Position numbers and translations under genes: made by a program. The notes beneath the pieces were generated by a model. The model saw only the letters and a program-made list of their open reading frames with translations, made no database searches and was not told where the DNA came from. This document shows positions 42,968 through 57,092 of a stretch of DNA of 64,000 nucleotides, one piece after another (position 1 is the stretch's first letter; each line of letters opens with the position of its first letter). Source of the stretch: Syncephalis fuscata S228 (Eukaryota; Fungi; Zoopagomycota); NCBI GenBank assembly GCA_025786725.1, contig JAHLTZ010000027.1, positions 186,001-250,000 on the forward strand, in the 5' to 3' direction.

Positions 42968-45217
42968 ATGCCAAGAATCGCTACCACCAGCACCACTACA
43001 GCAACCCACGTCTTTACAGTTATCGGAGACGGCAACGCCTTTACAAAGACACCAAACTACCACCATGGCGACACCACCAAAGCAATTGCTTTGAAAGGCA
43101 CGTCCAATAGGTTAAACAAAGTGGAATCTAGTGTATTCAGCGATAATACAGCTCATTTGGTATTGTTACTGCCATTTACTACTGTTTCACTAGGTGTATT
43201 ACCACTATGTGTAGGCACTTCTGTAACACGTAAGTAGAACCATATTTTGTTAATTGTATATATATATATATATAAGAGGAGTGTTGTTAATAGTGTATAA
43301 TAATTACAATAGTAATATGTATGAGAGGTATATATATATATATAGTGGTTATAATAATGCTAAAATGACTGATTACTTAAAAGTCTGTGCATAATTGTCC
43401 TTGGCTAGCATTTGGCAAGTTAGATGCATGCATTTCATGCGCACTTATTATTTTGATCAATATGAATGAATTGATGTTTAATAATCATAACAATTGTAAT
43501 AATGACGACATTGTAATAACAATAACACTTGTACTAACAATAACATCTACATTATTATTATTAATATTAATAGAATGGCATTTTTTATCACATGATCCAC
43601 GGTTTCATCATTTACATATAATGAATGATTTATCAGATACACAAATTATACCTATCAATCTACGATGGGTAGCTATGATGGCACTTTTACTAGTTATGGC
43701 AGGTTTTATATTGGCAATGGAACTTGATTTACGGTCATTTGAACGTTTAATTACCTCGATGGCCAATTGGTTGGATGTATTCTTTCGATTAACACCTACG
43801 ACACCTACATCGATTAAAATTGAATTACCACGGGGATTAGAAGAGAATCAACAGCAACGAAGGCGAAGGCGACAACGAAAGCAGATGTTAAATGAACAAA
43901 CGGAAACCATAGGCGATATCATTTAACTGATCAATCAAATACTATAAGAGGTCGTTCATTAGGTAGAGGCAATATTACACGATCACTATCAGTTCATATT
44001 GATCAACGAAAACATCAACCAACGAGTGGATTGAATGAGCTAAAAGATACTCTATTAATTGATAAGAGTGAAGAGAAACTGGAGGATTCCATTTAAATCC
44101 ATCGCATTATTTTACTAGTCCATTAGAATCACCATTATTAAATAGCAAGCACAACATGGAAATGAATCATTTAGTAAAGTTGCCAGTATCAGCCACATTG
44201 CCCAAGAGACGTGCCTCTATTTCAATAGAACATTAAAATCAGCTATTCATCGATCTGTATCTGTTGATCAGATGTCACGTCGACAAAATATTAATATTAA
44301 TATTAATGGTAATATTAATAGCGGTAATAGCAGTAATAGCAATAGTCAGTATTCATTAGGGTCACAGGATATTAATTCATCGATGGATTTATTTGATACA
44401 GTCATGGACGGTGATGAAGATTATAGTGACAGTGACAATAACCATAATAATACAGCTAGTGGTGGGGCATTTTTATGGACATGGCAATTACGTACACGTC
44501 AAATAGCGACTTTGGCATCCTCTTCAGCATCGGTATCGTCGTCATCGTCATCGTCATCGTCAAAATACTCATCTTCATATCATTATCCTCTTCATCTTCA
44601 GCTAGTGTTACATCTACTAGGGCGGGACAGGCAACAACAACAACACCTTGGACAACTGTATGTACACTGGGATCTGATGAAGACTTTTTTAGGTATTGGG
44701 GCAAGATTAGTGCAGTCGATCTATCCACGCCACACTGTACCTGGTCATTCTCAACGGTAACTGCATCACACTCTAATAGTAACACCCATAATAGTCATCA
44801 TGGTGTTATAACGATGAATGAACAGCATTGTAATGAATTAATGGTGGCTGAAGAATTACCAGGTGAAAAGTGGATACTGCGATTTAATTCATCCGATCTT
44901 GGATTACTTGCCTCTATTTGGGGAGAGATTATATTGGCTCTACTAGGTATTGCACCACCACCCGATGATCGTGTATTATGGAGTTTTGTGGTAAGTAAAT
45001 AGATTTACTTTTAATTATTTGTTATTAATATCTATCTATCTATCTATTTAATTAGAATAAGGCTTCAGTGGTGAATACTGATCATGGTTCTACACTACTT
45101 ACACTGTCTACTCGATTCCGTTCTAGTAATACACGTCGTACTCAACGGGTCATTGCCTTGTTACGAGGTTGGCTAGGTGTTGATGATTCAGTTGGTATTC
45201 ATGTCCATGTTGTATAA
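42968..45217 (+). CDS. Predicted TM protein with a C-terminal divergent eIF4E-like domain
   Basis: Introns 43230-43573 and 44991-45055 splice in frame. TM segment WVAMMALLLVMAGFILAM. eIF4E-like motifs occur in order: WTW, TLGSDEDFF, PHCTWSF, GEKWILRF, LASIWGEIILALLG, RVIALLRGWLG. About 4 indels are needed to join the whole gene. Confidence 0.6.
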
Positions 45218-45498
45218 ATAGTTAAGATCTTTTGGTGGTTTACAGTATAGTTACAGACCATAACTATGAAATACAATACAACAATTTATCTTATAATTCA
45301 TTTAATAGGATGATTGTTTGTTTTATATGACTATTTTATTATTTAAAAGATGTTGAATTGCATCATACACTTTATTCTATTTCATTTCTCTCTTTTTATG
45401 AACGCGTCACTACTACTGGATAATAAATATATTAATACTAATTAGACCATTTAGCTATTTATAACAATGGCTTATTTATTTTAATAAAATAAATAGTG

Positions 45499-46814
45499 TT
45501 AAACAGTTGCTTTAGCCAATTGTTCTGTTGCAGCTGCTACTTCTGCTGTAGTTGTAGTTGTAGTTGTAGTGGTTGTAATTGTAATAGCGGTTGCTGTGGC
45601 AGCACTGCTTGTATCGGCAATATCTTCTGGACGACGGTTATGCTTCTTCTTCTCCTTTTGCTTCTTAACCGGTTTTACTTCAGGTGGATAGGCCAAGTTA
45701 ATGAGTTGACGCATTTCATCGGTGGCAAATTGTTCACGAATTGGGGCCAATAATGCATTTAATGCTTCAACAGCACTCTTTTTCAAGTCACCTGGATGAA
45801 TTTCACGAGCAGCAAACTGTTCTTCTAACACGGCATAGCTAGTAAATTCAAGATCACCGCCATATTTCTCTGGTCGACGAATAACAAATCGACCTTCATG
45901 CGTGCTGCCTTCTTGTTTCAATGAACTGATGGGGAATAGAACATGTCGAATAAATGCTAATACGCCATTGTTCTCTACATTGCCCTCCTCACAAAATGCT
46001 TGTTTTATCTTCTTTTCAACGATCTTTGGCTCATCCAATAAGTCAATTTTACTATTGACATCAGATGCACTCATCTTGGATCCCGACAATCCTGGCACCA
46101 TTGGATTCATTAAATGGGATCGTTTACGGTAACCAAGATGTGGCAGGTACTTTTCAGCTAGCATAAAGATTTTACGCTGATCAACACCGCCAAATTGGGC
46201 ATCAACGCCTAAATGCTCTTCATCGAGTGCTTGTAAACCTGGATAGAGAAGACCGCTAAGTAGCGGATTATCTACTTGTTTTACTACTTCGGCACCGGCC
46301 TTCTTTGCGTCGTGTTCGGTTATGAATGCGCATAGTTTGTAGATATCCATAATATAGGTGGCTGATTTCTGGTATTCACTGCCTGTAACGAATTTTAGCT
46401 TTTCAATAGGTACACCGATGGATCGAAGTAGTGCTTTGATGACTTCGGAGTAGTAAACGGTACGTTGAGCTACTTGATCCAATGGTGCCTTCATATTATC
46501 AAGGAAAGCATGAATGTCTGCAAGTAAAATGGTCACCTAATGGTAAAATTAAGGTTAATTAATATCTGAATAATAAATGGTATTTTAATATATGCTCTAT
46601 TGCTGCTACTTACCTCACAGCCGGCACTTAAAAAGTCGGCAATCTTTACCATAGGGACACAGTAACCGATATGTGGACGACCAGTAGGTGCTGTGCCCCA
46701 GTAGAGCTTAAGATCGCGCTCCTGAAGCACTTTCAAGATCTCTGCCTCTCCAATCACCTCTTGGAGGTTACGAGTAATAAGGGCCAACTTCTGTTCGGGT
46801 GTCAAATGCGACAT
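45499..46814 (-). CDS. TYS1: Cytosolic tyrosyl-tRNA synthetase, 2 exons
   Basis: [36 protein letters not shown]; intron 46537-46613. Confidence 0.97.
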
Positions 46815-47197
46815 TCTTTTACTTGACAATAGATAAACGAGCAATACAATCGAATATAGAATACGCCTAGTGTATGCGTATTAAGAGCGAATACTCAAGT
46901 ACAACGGTGTGTATGTATATGAGTGGGTGGCAAGTACGAGAATGTAAAAGTAAATAAAGAAAATGTACTCCTCTATTTGAATACCGCTCCTATTTGCTTT
47001 TATAATGTGTGTGTGTGTGTGTGTGAGATGAAGGATCTTCAATCTTATCAATTGATACTATTTGTGTTGACTCATTTTCGCACACCTTCTATTCGCACTC
47101 ACACGGCACTGTATGCTTAGCGTATTGAACGATCTAGATGACGTCGTTATCGTCTATTGCTACAGCAGCTATCGACACCGATAGTTGCAGTTATACG

Positions 47198-49811
47198 ATG
47201 CTAAAGCATGCTCAGCAGCTTTACGACCAGTCATTAATAGCATCGGCACAATTAATGGTAAGTAGTATATATATATATATATAGATACGCGTTTATACGC
47301 GTTATATTTATAAAGTATGGTTATTGGCAGTATACACGATACTAATTAGTAACTATTAGGCTGGCATGGCACTATCGGAACTACAGAGATTAACAGCCAT
47401 GAATTCGTCAACTTATGTTGAGGCATCGCTTTTATTCGCGCAATGTCTTGTTTATCAAAATGATTATCGACGTGCTATGGTAATAACAATGATATGGTAG
47501 ACGAATGAGTATACTTACGATAGACTAGACATTTTTTGAGAAAGCGTTTAATACTCAGCTTAACATACAACGAAATCAATTACCTATTGATGATTTGGAT
47601 ATAAAAATATGTACTGAATACGCAGAATGTTGTTTAAAAGTAAATGAGTGGGATGAGGCACGACGCCAGGTAAATTAAACAGTTATCTGGTACATTATGA
47701 TATATTAATATCCATAATAGCTTGAAGTGATACATAAAGACCGTAGACCATTGGATATATGGCGAATATTAGCACGAATTTATCAAGTAAAAGGAAATCC
47801 CGAGTAAGTTTATTGGTGAATTATTTAGTAAATATCAAATAACGGTAAATGATTAGTGCGGCAATCAAGTGTTATATTAATATTCTAAAGTAAGCTATTT
47901 AACAATGTATATATTAATTATTATTATAATTATAATTATAATAACGTTATTCAATCATATTAATAGACAACAACCATTTGCCATGGAAGCAGCAATCGCT
48001 TTAGTTGAACTTGGTATTCCATTAGATAAATTGAATAGTCTACTAATGCCAAAAGATACTACAGCTTTAAATTCATCATCTAGTACAGCAAAAAAAGAGC
48101 AATCCATCGTTAACTGGATGTCAACCTATTTAAAAGCAGAATCAGCCTTTAATACAAACAATTATACAGGTAATCATATATATTATATAATATAATATAT
48201 ATAATATAATATTTATATAGGAGCATTGAAAATGTATCGCACTCTTGAGAGAAAATATCCAAAAAATACAAACTTAATGTTAAAAGTAGCAAACTGTCAA
48301 GTAAATCAAGGGGACACTTTAAATGCTTATCACAGTTATATGGCGGTATGTCATTTAATTAACATGTTTAAAATTAACTTATTATTAAATTAGATACGAT
48401 CATCAGATCCCAAAATGGTTGAAGGTATGGATCGATTTGCCGGTTTAATACGCGGTCAAGGAAATATGTTACTGCTTAATAGGTAATAGTTAAGTATATA
48501 ATACGTGTAACTAATGAATGTAATAGATTGGCCGAGAATCTAATGACCATTAATGAGCTACGACCCGAACCATGGGTAGCCATGGCTATTTATTGTCAAT
48601 CTCGTAATCAATTAGAGCGTGGACTTATGTTGACCGATCGAGTAAGTGACATTCAGTGTACATAATAGCGTTGTATTTATATAATAACGGTTAGGCACTA
48701 GCATTAAATCAACATCATATAGAGGCACAATATGTTAAAGGTATACATATTTAGATATATAAATCATAAGCTATATACTAATTAAGTGATCTATAGGAAC
48801 CATCCTACGATTAATGGAACGAAATCACGATGCTTTAAGAGTATTCCGAACTGTTTACCAATACAGTCGAAATCCATATATATATCAAGGTAAATAATAG
48901 TATTAACCGTAATAGACCATTTACTAATTAAAGGGTAGGATTACTCGATATACATCTTCAACAAAGCAACTTATCAACCGCCAATCTACTTGCCGATGAA
49001 GCACTAGCCCGTATGCCCAACAACATTGTAGTATTAAGCTTAGTGGCCAATGTATATATCCATACAAAAGAAAACATGGACGAGGTAAATATAGATATAG
49101 ATATAAATATAGATATAGAGATTTATATACTATGTATATATTATGTATAATTATAGCCTAGAGAATTAATTAGTAGAGCATTGAAAAGAGATTCATCCAG
49201 TATGAGTGCATTAAGAGCATTACAGAAACTATTGGTCAAAGAAGGAAGATACGATGATGCAATTATTGAGTAAGTATATGATATCGATCGATAGGATAAC
49301 TAATTAATACAATAATAGACTAAAGAAACAACTACCTTTACACAACACCGATGCCATGCATTGTAATCTTGGTGAATTATATATATTAATAGGCGATTAC
49401 CGTAACGCACTTGACCATTATAACTCGGCAGTTAGGTAATCCTAATATAATAATAACCATAACCATAATAACCATAGACTATTTAATACAACAATATCTA
49501 ATCAAATGAATAGTATCGATCCCAATAGTGTAGAGGCCCAAGAAGGCAAAGCACGGGCTGAAGAACTATTACCGCGTCAAGACCATCTACCTATGGGCGT
49601 ATTAAATGACCGTGGTGATGAAGAAGACGAGGATATACTTGATTCCTCAGTCACTCATGGTCTACTAGGCATTGATAGAGGTCGATTAGAAGATACAAGG
49701 GGCAGTATGGGTGGTGGCAGTGGCAGTAACAATAATAACCATACAGATCGATTTATACATTCTCCTTTGGATTATGATGACAATCTATTAGATGATCATC
49801 CATTTTTATAA
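47198..49811 (+). CDS. ANAPC7: TPR protein, anaphase-promoting complex subunit 7-like, about 17 introns
   Basis: Spliced translation includes YRRAM..FEKA, QPFAMEAAIALVELG, DPKMVEGMDRFAGLI, RPEPWVAMA, HIEAQYVKG and ALDHYNSA..IDPNSVEAQEG, followed by an acidic tail. This pattern fits APC7. Confidence 0.75.
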
Positions 49812-51113
49812 TTAATTGTAATAAAAGGAAAAATAGTAATTGACACCAATGTAATAAATGTATCAAATCTATAAATAATATGATAGCACATAGGCCACTT
49901 ATTAATAGAAAAAGGTGATCCTTGTCATAACAACAGTAACAGTCAACACTGACCAATAATAAAATGACCATATCATTTATAACACGGCCCTTTGCCTTGA
50001 TGTTGGCCTCTTTCCAAACTAGTATTAGCCTCTGTCTCTATCTATCTATATCTATATAAAACTATATCTCTATATTCTATATCTTTCTACATCTATTTGC
50101 GTATCGGTAAGAGGAGAATAGAGATACGATAGCCCTTTCTCTCTAGTCTCCCTTTTCTCCTTCTATTTCATCGTATTGATTATCCCTCTTTTTAGTACGA
50201 CTGGTACAAGTTGAGTAGACACCCGTTTTGTTCTCCTTTCTCTTTTAAACAACCGATTGCCATATTCAGTTCGTTGTTCTCAACATTACTAGATCTATGG
50301 TTGGTTGGTTATTACTCCGATTCATGCGGGGATTTATTTCCATTGAACAGTGTTGTTACTTTCTTTCTACTACTACCACTTCAACTTGTACGCCTACTCT
50401 TTTACTTGCTCATTACTGGCATTATTATCTATTTACTGTTACAACTACTATTACAATATAGTAACTATAACCACAACTACAATTAAAACAATAGTAACAG
50501 AATAGTTGTTGTTGTTGTTGTTGTAACCTCATTACTATTACTACTCTATCTTTATTACTACACTCTATTACTATCTGGTACTGCAGTGCAAAGTTGCCAG
50601 TCTTTAAGATTGTTATTAACTTCAATATTAACTGTTTCTACTTTTTCTATTCTATTAAACACTGTCACACAGTTGCCAGATCATTTGTGCTCTGGTTGTT
50701 TTAACAACAACACCACCACTTTCTCTTTCTTCTTTCCCTCTCACTCACTCACTACTCACTACTCCACTTCTCTCTCACTCTCTCTCACTCCTCACTCTCT
50801 ATCCTTCGTGTGTACGCCCTATTCTTCTTTCTCTCGTCTTTAGTTCTTTATAAGAAAGAACCCATATCCTACGGTAATTTATACCTATTATTCTACTACA
50901 CTCTTGTTTATTAAAGGTAAGTTACTCTTATATATACATATGTATATATGTATGTATATATGTATGTATATTTGTATACGCATCAGATGACTCATTGAAC
51001 TAGATTATTACGAGAGTGGTAGTATCTACATTGTTGTTGTTGTTGTTGTAATAGCAATAGTCAACAACAGTGGTGACTATTATTGTTATTAGTATTGTCT
51101 ATTTACCTTAATA

Positions 51114-54100
51114 ATGAATAGCAATAACCCTGAAGAAATAGTCCCTGATGTGGTTGACGCGATATGTCTCGGTTGCAATCTTATGATTGAAGGTGGCAGT
51201 GCTGTTCGTCTTGGCGATGGTGTATGGCATTTGGAATGGCAAGTCTATTAATATCACGTGACGCATATCACACTAACCGGCTATGGTATTTATTAAAACT
51301 AGTTTTCGATGTGCAAAGTGTGGCAGTCATATTGAGACAGAATCAAATTCACTAATGTTATCGGATAATGAACCGATATGCGCTAATTGTTCCTACAACT
51401 GTCGTGCATGTGGTGAAGCAATTACCGACGAGGCGATTGTTACGGGCAAGGACACTTATCACGCGCATTGTTTCAAATGTGTTAAATGTGATAAGAAGAT
51501 TCAGGATTTAACCTATGCCAATACCTCAAAGGTAATATGAATGGTAGGAATAGTAGGAGAACAGATACTTATATGTGTATATAGGGCATTGTATGTCTAT
51601 CCTGTCATAGAGCGCGTAAGAAGCATGCTCGTCCTAAAGTGAGTCGTGATAATTCAGTAACATCACAGGTAAATATATTTATAGACTATGTTACAAATGT
51701 ATTTATTTTATTAAACTATATTACCTTTAGGGACAAACGGCCGAGTCTAGTAAGTATTTATGAAACAACGCAACAGCTTTATTTATCATTCTATTCTAAT
51801 TTATTCTAATCTATTCCACTCTATTCTAATCTATTTATACTAGATGCCAATCCCGTTATGAATGAATCTAGACGTGGTACACCACAACCATCGACTACAT
51901 CAGAACAATCAACTAATAACTTGTTGACACCATCGACTACTTCACCGCCTCATAGTACTAATGGAAAGATTACTCAGTCTCGTTCATTGGGTGATTTAAA
52001 GATGTCAAGTAGTCATGGTGGTATATCCATAAACCTGTCAAAATCATTAAAATTACCAGGTCCACATTCGTCATTAGAGTCAAAAGAAACAAAAGCTGAT
52101 AAAAAGTCGAATGGTCATACAACTAAAGAGTCATCTTCCAATTCCAGTGCTCATAATAATAATAGTTATAATAGTCATAATCATAATCATAATGATATGG
52201 CATCGATGAATATGTATTCACGGGCTTATGTAGATGAATTACATCAAGAATTACAAACAGTTAAACGACGATTGGCCGAATCAGATGGTAGTTTTGACCG
52301 GATACGGGTAAGTTGATGTTTATAGCGATGGTACATGTTATACTTATGAATTATTAGGCAATTAATGATAAGGCAATTGAACAATTAAATGCCGCCAAGT
52401 CTGAATTAATAGCTGAAAGTGCCAAACGACGTGAATTGGAGTTGGAAACACATCATTGGAAGTCGGAATATACTAAATTGTTAGAAACACATCGTCAATT
52501 GGCGGCATTAAAAAGCACTGAACTAGAAAATGACCGAGAAAGCAATGCTAATGAATCCAAGGCCCATGAAGAGCGGATAGCCCATGCTAATGCACAACTA
52601 ACCGTACTTCAACAAGCCATTACCCAACTACTTAAAGAACGGGCTAATGGAGAAGAAGCAGTGCGTACATTACAGGCCAAGCGAACCGAGTTACTAGCCT
52701 CAGTGGACGATTTAACAAAGCAACGAGATGTTATTAATGCAGATATCGAGGAGCTTGGCCAATTACGCCAAGAAGCAGTATCTGAATTTGGGTAAGTGGT
52801 TATAAATGGACTAGTTAATTAATATTAATATTAAAATGATCAATATTTATTATGATCAATATTTAATATACAATAGTACGGATACAGGTAATTATAGTAT
52901 TGATAATATATATATATACATGTATATGTATACTAACTTTTATAATAGGCAGTTTAACCATGAGTCCAACTGGTCAAAGTAGTCATAGTTCACCGGGATT
53001 GCCACCTGTTTCACACTCTCGTGATCAGCAATTGTTAGGGGCACCAGTATTGCCACCTCGTTCTATACCTGGTCAACATTCACATCCAACCTCACCTAAT
53101 GGCGCAGGATCACACAATTCAAATCGTTCCAATGGGGATAGCAGTATGGTTATCCCACCTCATTCATCAGGTGCTACAGTTAGTAAAAGTAATAGTAAGA
53201 GTAGTACCAGCAGTGGCAACAATGGCTCTCGTGCACCACCTCGCGGTGCCAGTCTAGATACACCAGGCTGGATACCCCCTACTAACAATGGCAAGGATTT
53301 CCCTATGCCATCGGCTAGTGAAATGAATGAAAAGAACCGCAATATGTCCTCACCTACTCATCTTCGTAAGGGCAGTGTTCCTATTCAAGGCAGCTACAGT
53401 GCTATAGGTGGTATACCCATTGGGCCACCCAGGGCAACCAATTCACCCGCGTTATCCGACAATGGCGATAGACAGAACGGTAAAAGTGGCGATACTAGCA
53501 AGAAGTTTAAATGGGCCCGTACCGCATTTAAGATCCAAAAGGCCCAACCTATTAATGCTAGCACCACAACCAGTAACAATAGTCCGAATGGTGCAGCCGG
53601 TCTAGCATCTCATATGGCATCGACCACTGTAACAGCCACCACATTAAATGGACCAAACTATAGTAACAATAATGGATATAATGTATCATCTAATGTGAAT
53701 GGTCATAACAATCTAAATATTAACTATAATAATGCTAATAATACCGATACCGATACCGCATCCATTAAATGTAAGTAATGAATACCAGTAATGCGTATTA
53801 TATTTATATATATATTAAATGATATCTATATTTATATATAGCCTTTGATGAGTCTCGTTGTAAAACTGGATCACAGCCCCATTCATTTGTTCAACACAAA
53901 TACCTGCGGCCAATCAAGTGTGACCACTGTGCAGAGAATCTATGGGGTGTACAGGAAGTACGCTGTCAAGGTAAGTTTATTAGTTATTGGATTATATTGA
54001 ATGGCGATTAATTATAGTCTATTTATAGTTTGTGGCTATCATGCTCATTCAAAATGTGCTGCATTTGCTGCACGTACATGTCCCGGTGTGGTTGAAGAAG

Positions 54101-55031
54101 AGGCCAGCAATCCATTTGCTTTACCTAAAGGTAAGTCATTATACGCATGTAATTAATAATCTAATATTTATGGTGATGGCTATGGTTACTAGTGGCTATG
54201 GTTGGTAATGATCTTCAAAGACAACTCGATCAAGAAAATAGAACTATTCCATTGTTGGTTGAAAAGTGTATTGAAGCCGTTGAAGCAAGAGGTAACTATT
54301 GGAACAATACGTATTATCTACCTACTAATGATTGTTTTATAATTAATAGGCATGGATCTGGAAGGCATTTATCGTAAGACCGGTCCCAATTCACAGCTAC
54401 GAGGCATCATGGTTTATTTAAGCAAAGGAGAAATACCCGAATTGATTGATAATGATGAATTTGGGGATATTGCTTCAGTTACGAGTGTACTTAAATTGTA
54501 TTTAAGAGAGCTACCCGATCCACTACTGACCTACGAACTATATCCAAGATTCATTGAAGTCATGGGTAAGTAATAGAGGATAGGTGAGCATTAATGTTAA
54601 TGAATACAATACTATAGATTCAATGAGTGAAGAGGAGCGTATTCAAATGATGAGCCGAGTGATTGCTCAACTACCTAGAGGTAACAAGGCCACACTAAAG
54701 TGTCTATGTGACCATTTAGCTCGGTAAGTCATTTATATAGTATGTTAACTCTAACTAACCAACTAACTAACTAACTAATTAATTAATTAATTGATTAATT
54801 AATCATAGTGTCGAGGAACAAAGTGATGTTAATTTAATGTCATTTAAAAATCTGGCGGTTGTATTTGGTCCAACACTTATGCGAAGCACCGATCCAGACC
54901 GTGAATTCTTGGACATGGGGGCCAAGAATGCTGTCGTAGAATTTATTATCAAACACGCCCCGCGACTATTTATGGGTTCACTATTGGACTCATCGTCGCA
55001 GGAAAGCTTTCTCGGAGATGTGGCTATATAA
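51114..55031 (+). CDS. RhoGAP with 2 LIM domains, coiled coil and C1 domain (Rga1/2-like)
   Basis: CLGC..WHLECFRCAKC, CRAC..YHAHCFKCVKC, HSF..CDHC..C..C..HSKC, EGIYRK (Arg finger), KLYLRELPDPL, NLAVVFGPTL. GC-AG intron 51239-51302; probable 5'UTR intron from 50917. Confidence 0.92.
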
Positions 55032-55431
55032 TTGAGCGTGGATATTTAGTATAATCTATATCATTTATTGCATCCCTTTTTCCTCTATGCTGCATATTAT
55101 ATATCACTACTTTTTGTTTAAGTGAATGGATGAATGACTGGATAGATGGATGGGCTACACTACGCTTTTCTACTTTCTTTCTTTCTTTCTATAGCTATTA
55201 TAGCATCTAGATATAGGTAGATAGAAGTTGTGGTGGTGGTTATGGCTTTTACATTTACTTACTCACCCATTCACCCATTCACTTATGTCCCTCTTACGAT
55301 TTACACATTAACTACGCCTAGTTGTTTTTTTGTTATTATGTCAACTGTGGCGATTAATTGCATTTGTTATTCATATTTTATTCAATACATATCACATGTA
55401 AACATTAGTGACGATCTTATCGTCTAGGTGT

Positions 55432-56493
55432 CTAATGACTAGTTCTCCTTTGTTGTTGTTGTTGTTGTTTATCAACTAGAGTTACCAGTGTATCCTCCGT
55501 ACTTTTAACATGTCGTTCGAATCCAGATAATGAATGCCAATCCACCTCTTCCGTAGGGGATGATCGAATAAATGATGGTGTAATGGCCGCAGTGGTGGCC
55601 CATTTCCTAATAAGATGACGAGTATCAATATCAAGTTGAATACCGGCCCGGTGCATTTCATGAACCCAATAAGCAATACGTTGAGCATCTTGAGTATGGG
55701 TCCATGTTGCTTCTATCATGGCCCGATAGACCCGATGAGTGGCCATCTGTACATATAGTTGCATACCAAATCGTCTTGTTTGTTCTAATAATGCTTCTGC
55801 ATAGGCTAGATTGCCTAGACGTGATGCAGTACGTAGACCTGCTTCGAGTAATTGATCTCTATCGGTTATAGCAATGGATGCAGTATCTGTATCCGCATGA
55901 TCACTATTACTAACATTAGATAGATTTGCTTGGGTACAATCGCTAAAGAAATGGTGCATTTGTTTGTGTAATTCCATTAGGTGATTACTTGCATTAATAC
56001 GTGATACGGCCATCTTTAATCGATCTAGTTCACGTAGTCGTTTATTATTTAATACACCAAGATTAGGTAGAGGGATTACTTTAGTTGGTGTGGATTCATC
56101 AAGTGATGATGATGATGATGATGGTGTTACTTGTCGAAAACTAGGTGCTGGTCTTACTTGTCGATAAACTTGACGTTGTCCCATGGCTAATTTTAATAAT
56201 TGTCGTTCAATGGCTGACATTGGTTGGTCGGTAGATATAGATTCATTGTGTATTGACGATGATGATTGTTTGACTATTGAGTCATTGCCACTGCTATTCT
56301 CGTCTTTAGTGTTAAGTGTATTGGTAGTCGACAAATGATCAATAGATTGTTGTCGTTGTTCATAATGAGTATTGGTTGTAGTAGTAATACTTGCTTTATT
56401 TGGTATGTTTGTTGTTGTTCTACCGTTACGCGACAACAATGAGCGTTGAATGTTGCGCGAAACACTACGAATGGACAATTGGTAGTGGAACAT
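55432..56493 (-). CDS. Mitochondrial Mtf2-like / PPR-like protein, intronless
   Basis: Arg/Ser-rich presequence; C-terminal YVQMATHRVYRAMIEATW...EMHRAGIQLDIDT resembles the Mtf2 C-terminal domain. Confidence 0.65.
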   Translation of the reverse strand: MFHYQLSIRSVSRNIQRSLLSRNGRTTTNIPNKASITTTTNTHYEQRQQSIDHLSTTNTLNTKDENSSGNDSIVKQSSSSIHNESISTDQPMSAIERQLLKLAMGQRQVYRQVRPAPSFRQVTPSSSSSSLDESTPTKVIPLPNLGVLNNKRLRELDRLKMAVSRINASNHLMELHKQMHHFFSDCTQANLSNVSNSDHADTDTASIAITDRDQLLEAGLRTASRLGNLAYAEALLEQTRRFGMQLYVQMATHRVYRAMIEATWTHTQDAQRIAYWVHEMHRAGIQLDIDTRHLIRKWATTAAITPSFIRSSPTEEVDWHSLSGFERHVKSTEDTLVTLVDKQQQQQQRRTSH

Positions 56494-57092
56494 GATGAAA
56501 TAAAAAGTTATAGAATAAATAACAAAAAAAAATAAAAAATATTAATTAATTAGGAGTATTAATATTGGAATATAATTATTTGATTGCAGTTTATAGAATA
56601 TTGTTACTGTTTTTTAGATACATATCAAATTCAAGAAATAATAAGAAATAATGTGTATTTTAATCTAGATTGGTAGGACATTATATATTTAATGATATTC
56701 TATCAAAAATTAGCCATGCATGATAATACAATTACTGTATCGATTAAAAATAAATAGCAACTTAATAAAAAGATTGTATGGCTTTTTACAATTTCTAAGC
56801 TGTAAATTTGCATTTATAAGTATACAAGAGAAAGCTTTATTAATAAATAAAACCGGTTTACTTTAAAATGCAATCTAATTATAAAAAACATAAATTTAAC
56901 ATTTTATAAAGTAGCATGATATAATACAAATCATAAATAAATATCAGCTTAAATGAAAAAGGTAAAGTCCAACTACTCCACAAAAAAGCTATTATAAGCA
57001 CGTTTTGTCGGTAATTAGACACGTCATTCGTTTAGTTCAAGGCCTATTTCCCTAAAGGTGACTACTTCGTTTGTTCAGCTTTTATCTCCACC

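Noticed and set aside
54750-54800. (CTAA)n/(TTAA)n tract as telomere-like or CRISPR-like repeat
   Set aside because: It is an intronic simple repeat of the branch-point motif; there are no spacers or cas genes, and the window is eukaryotic.
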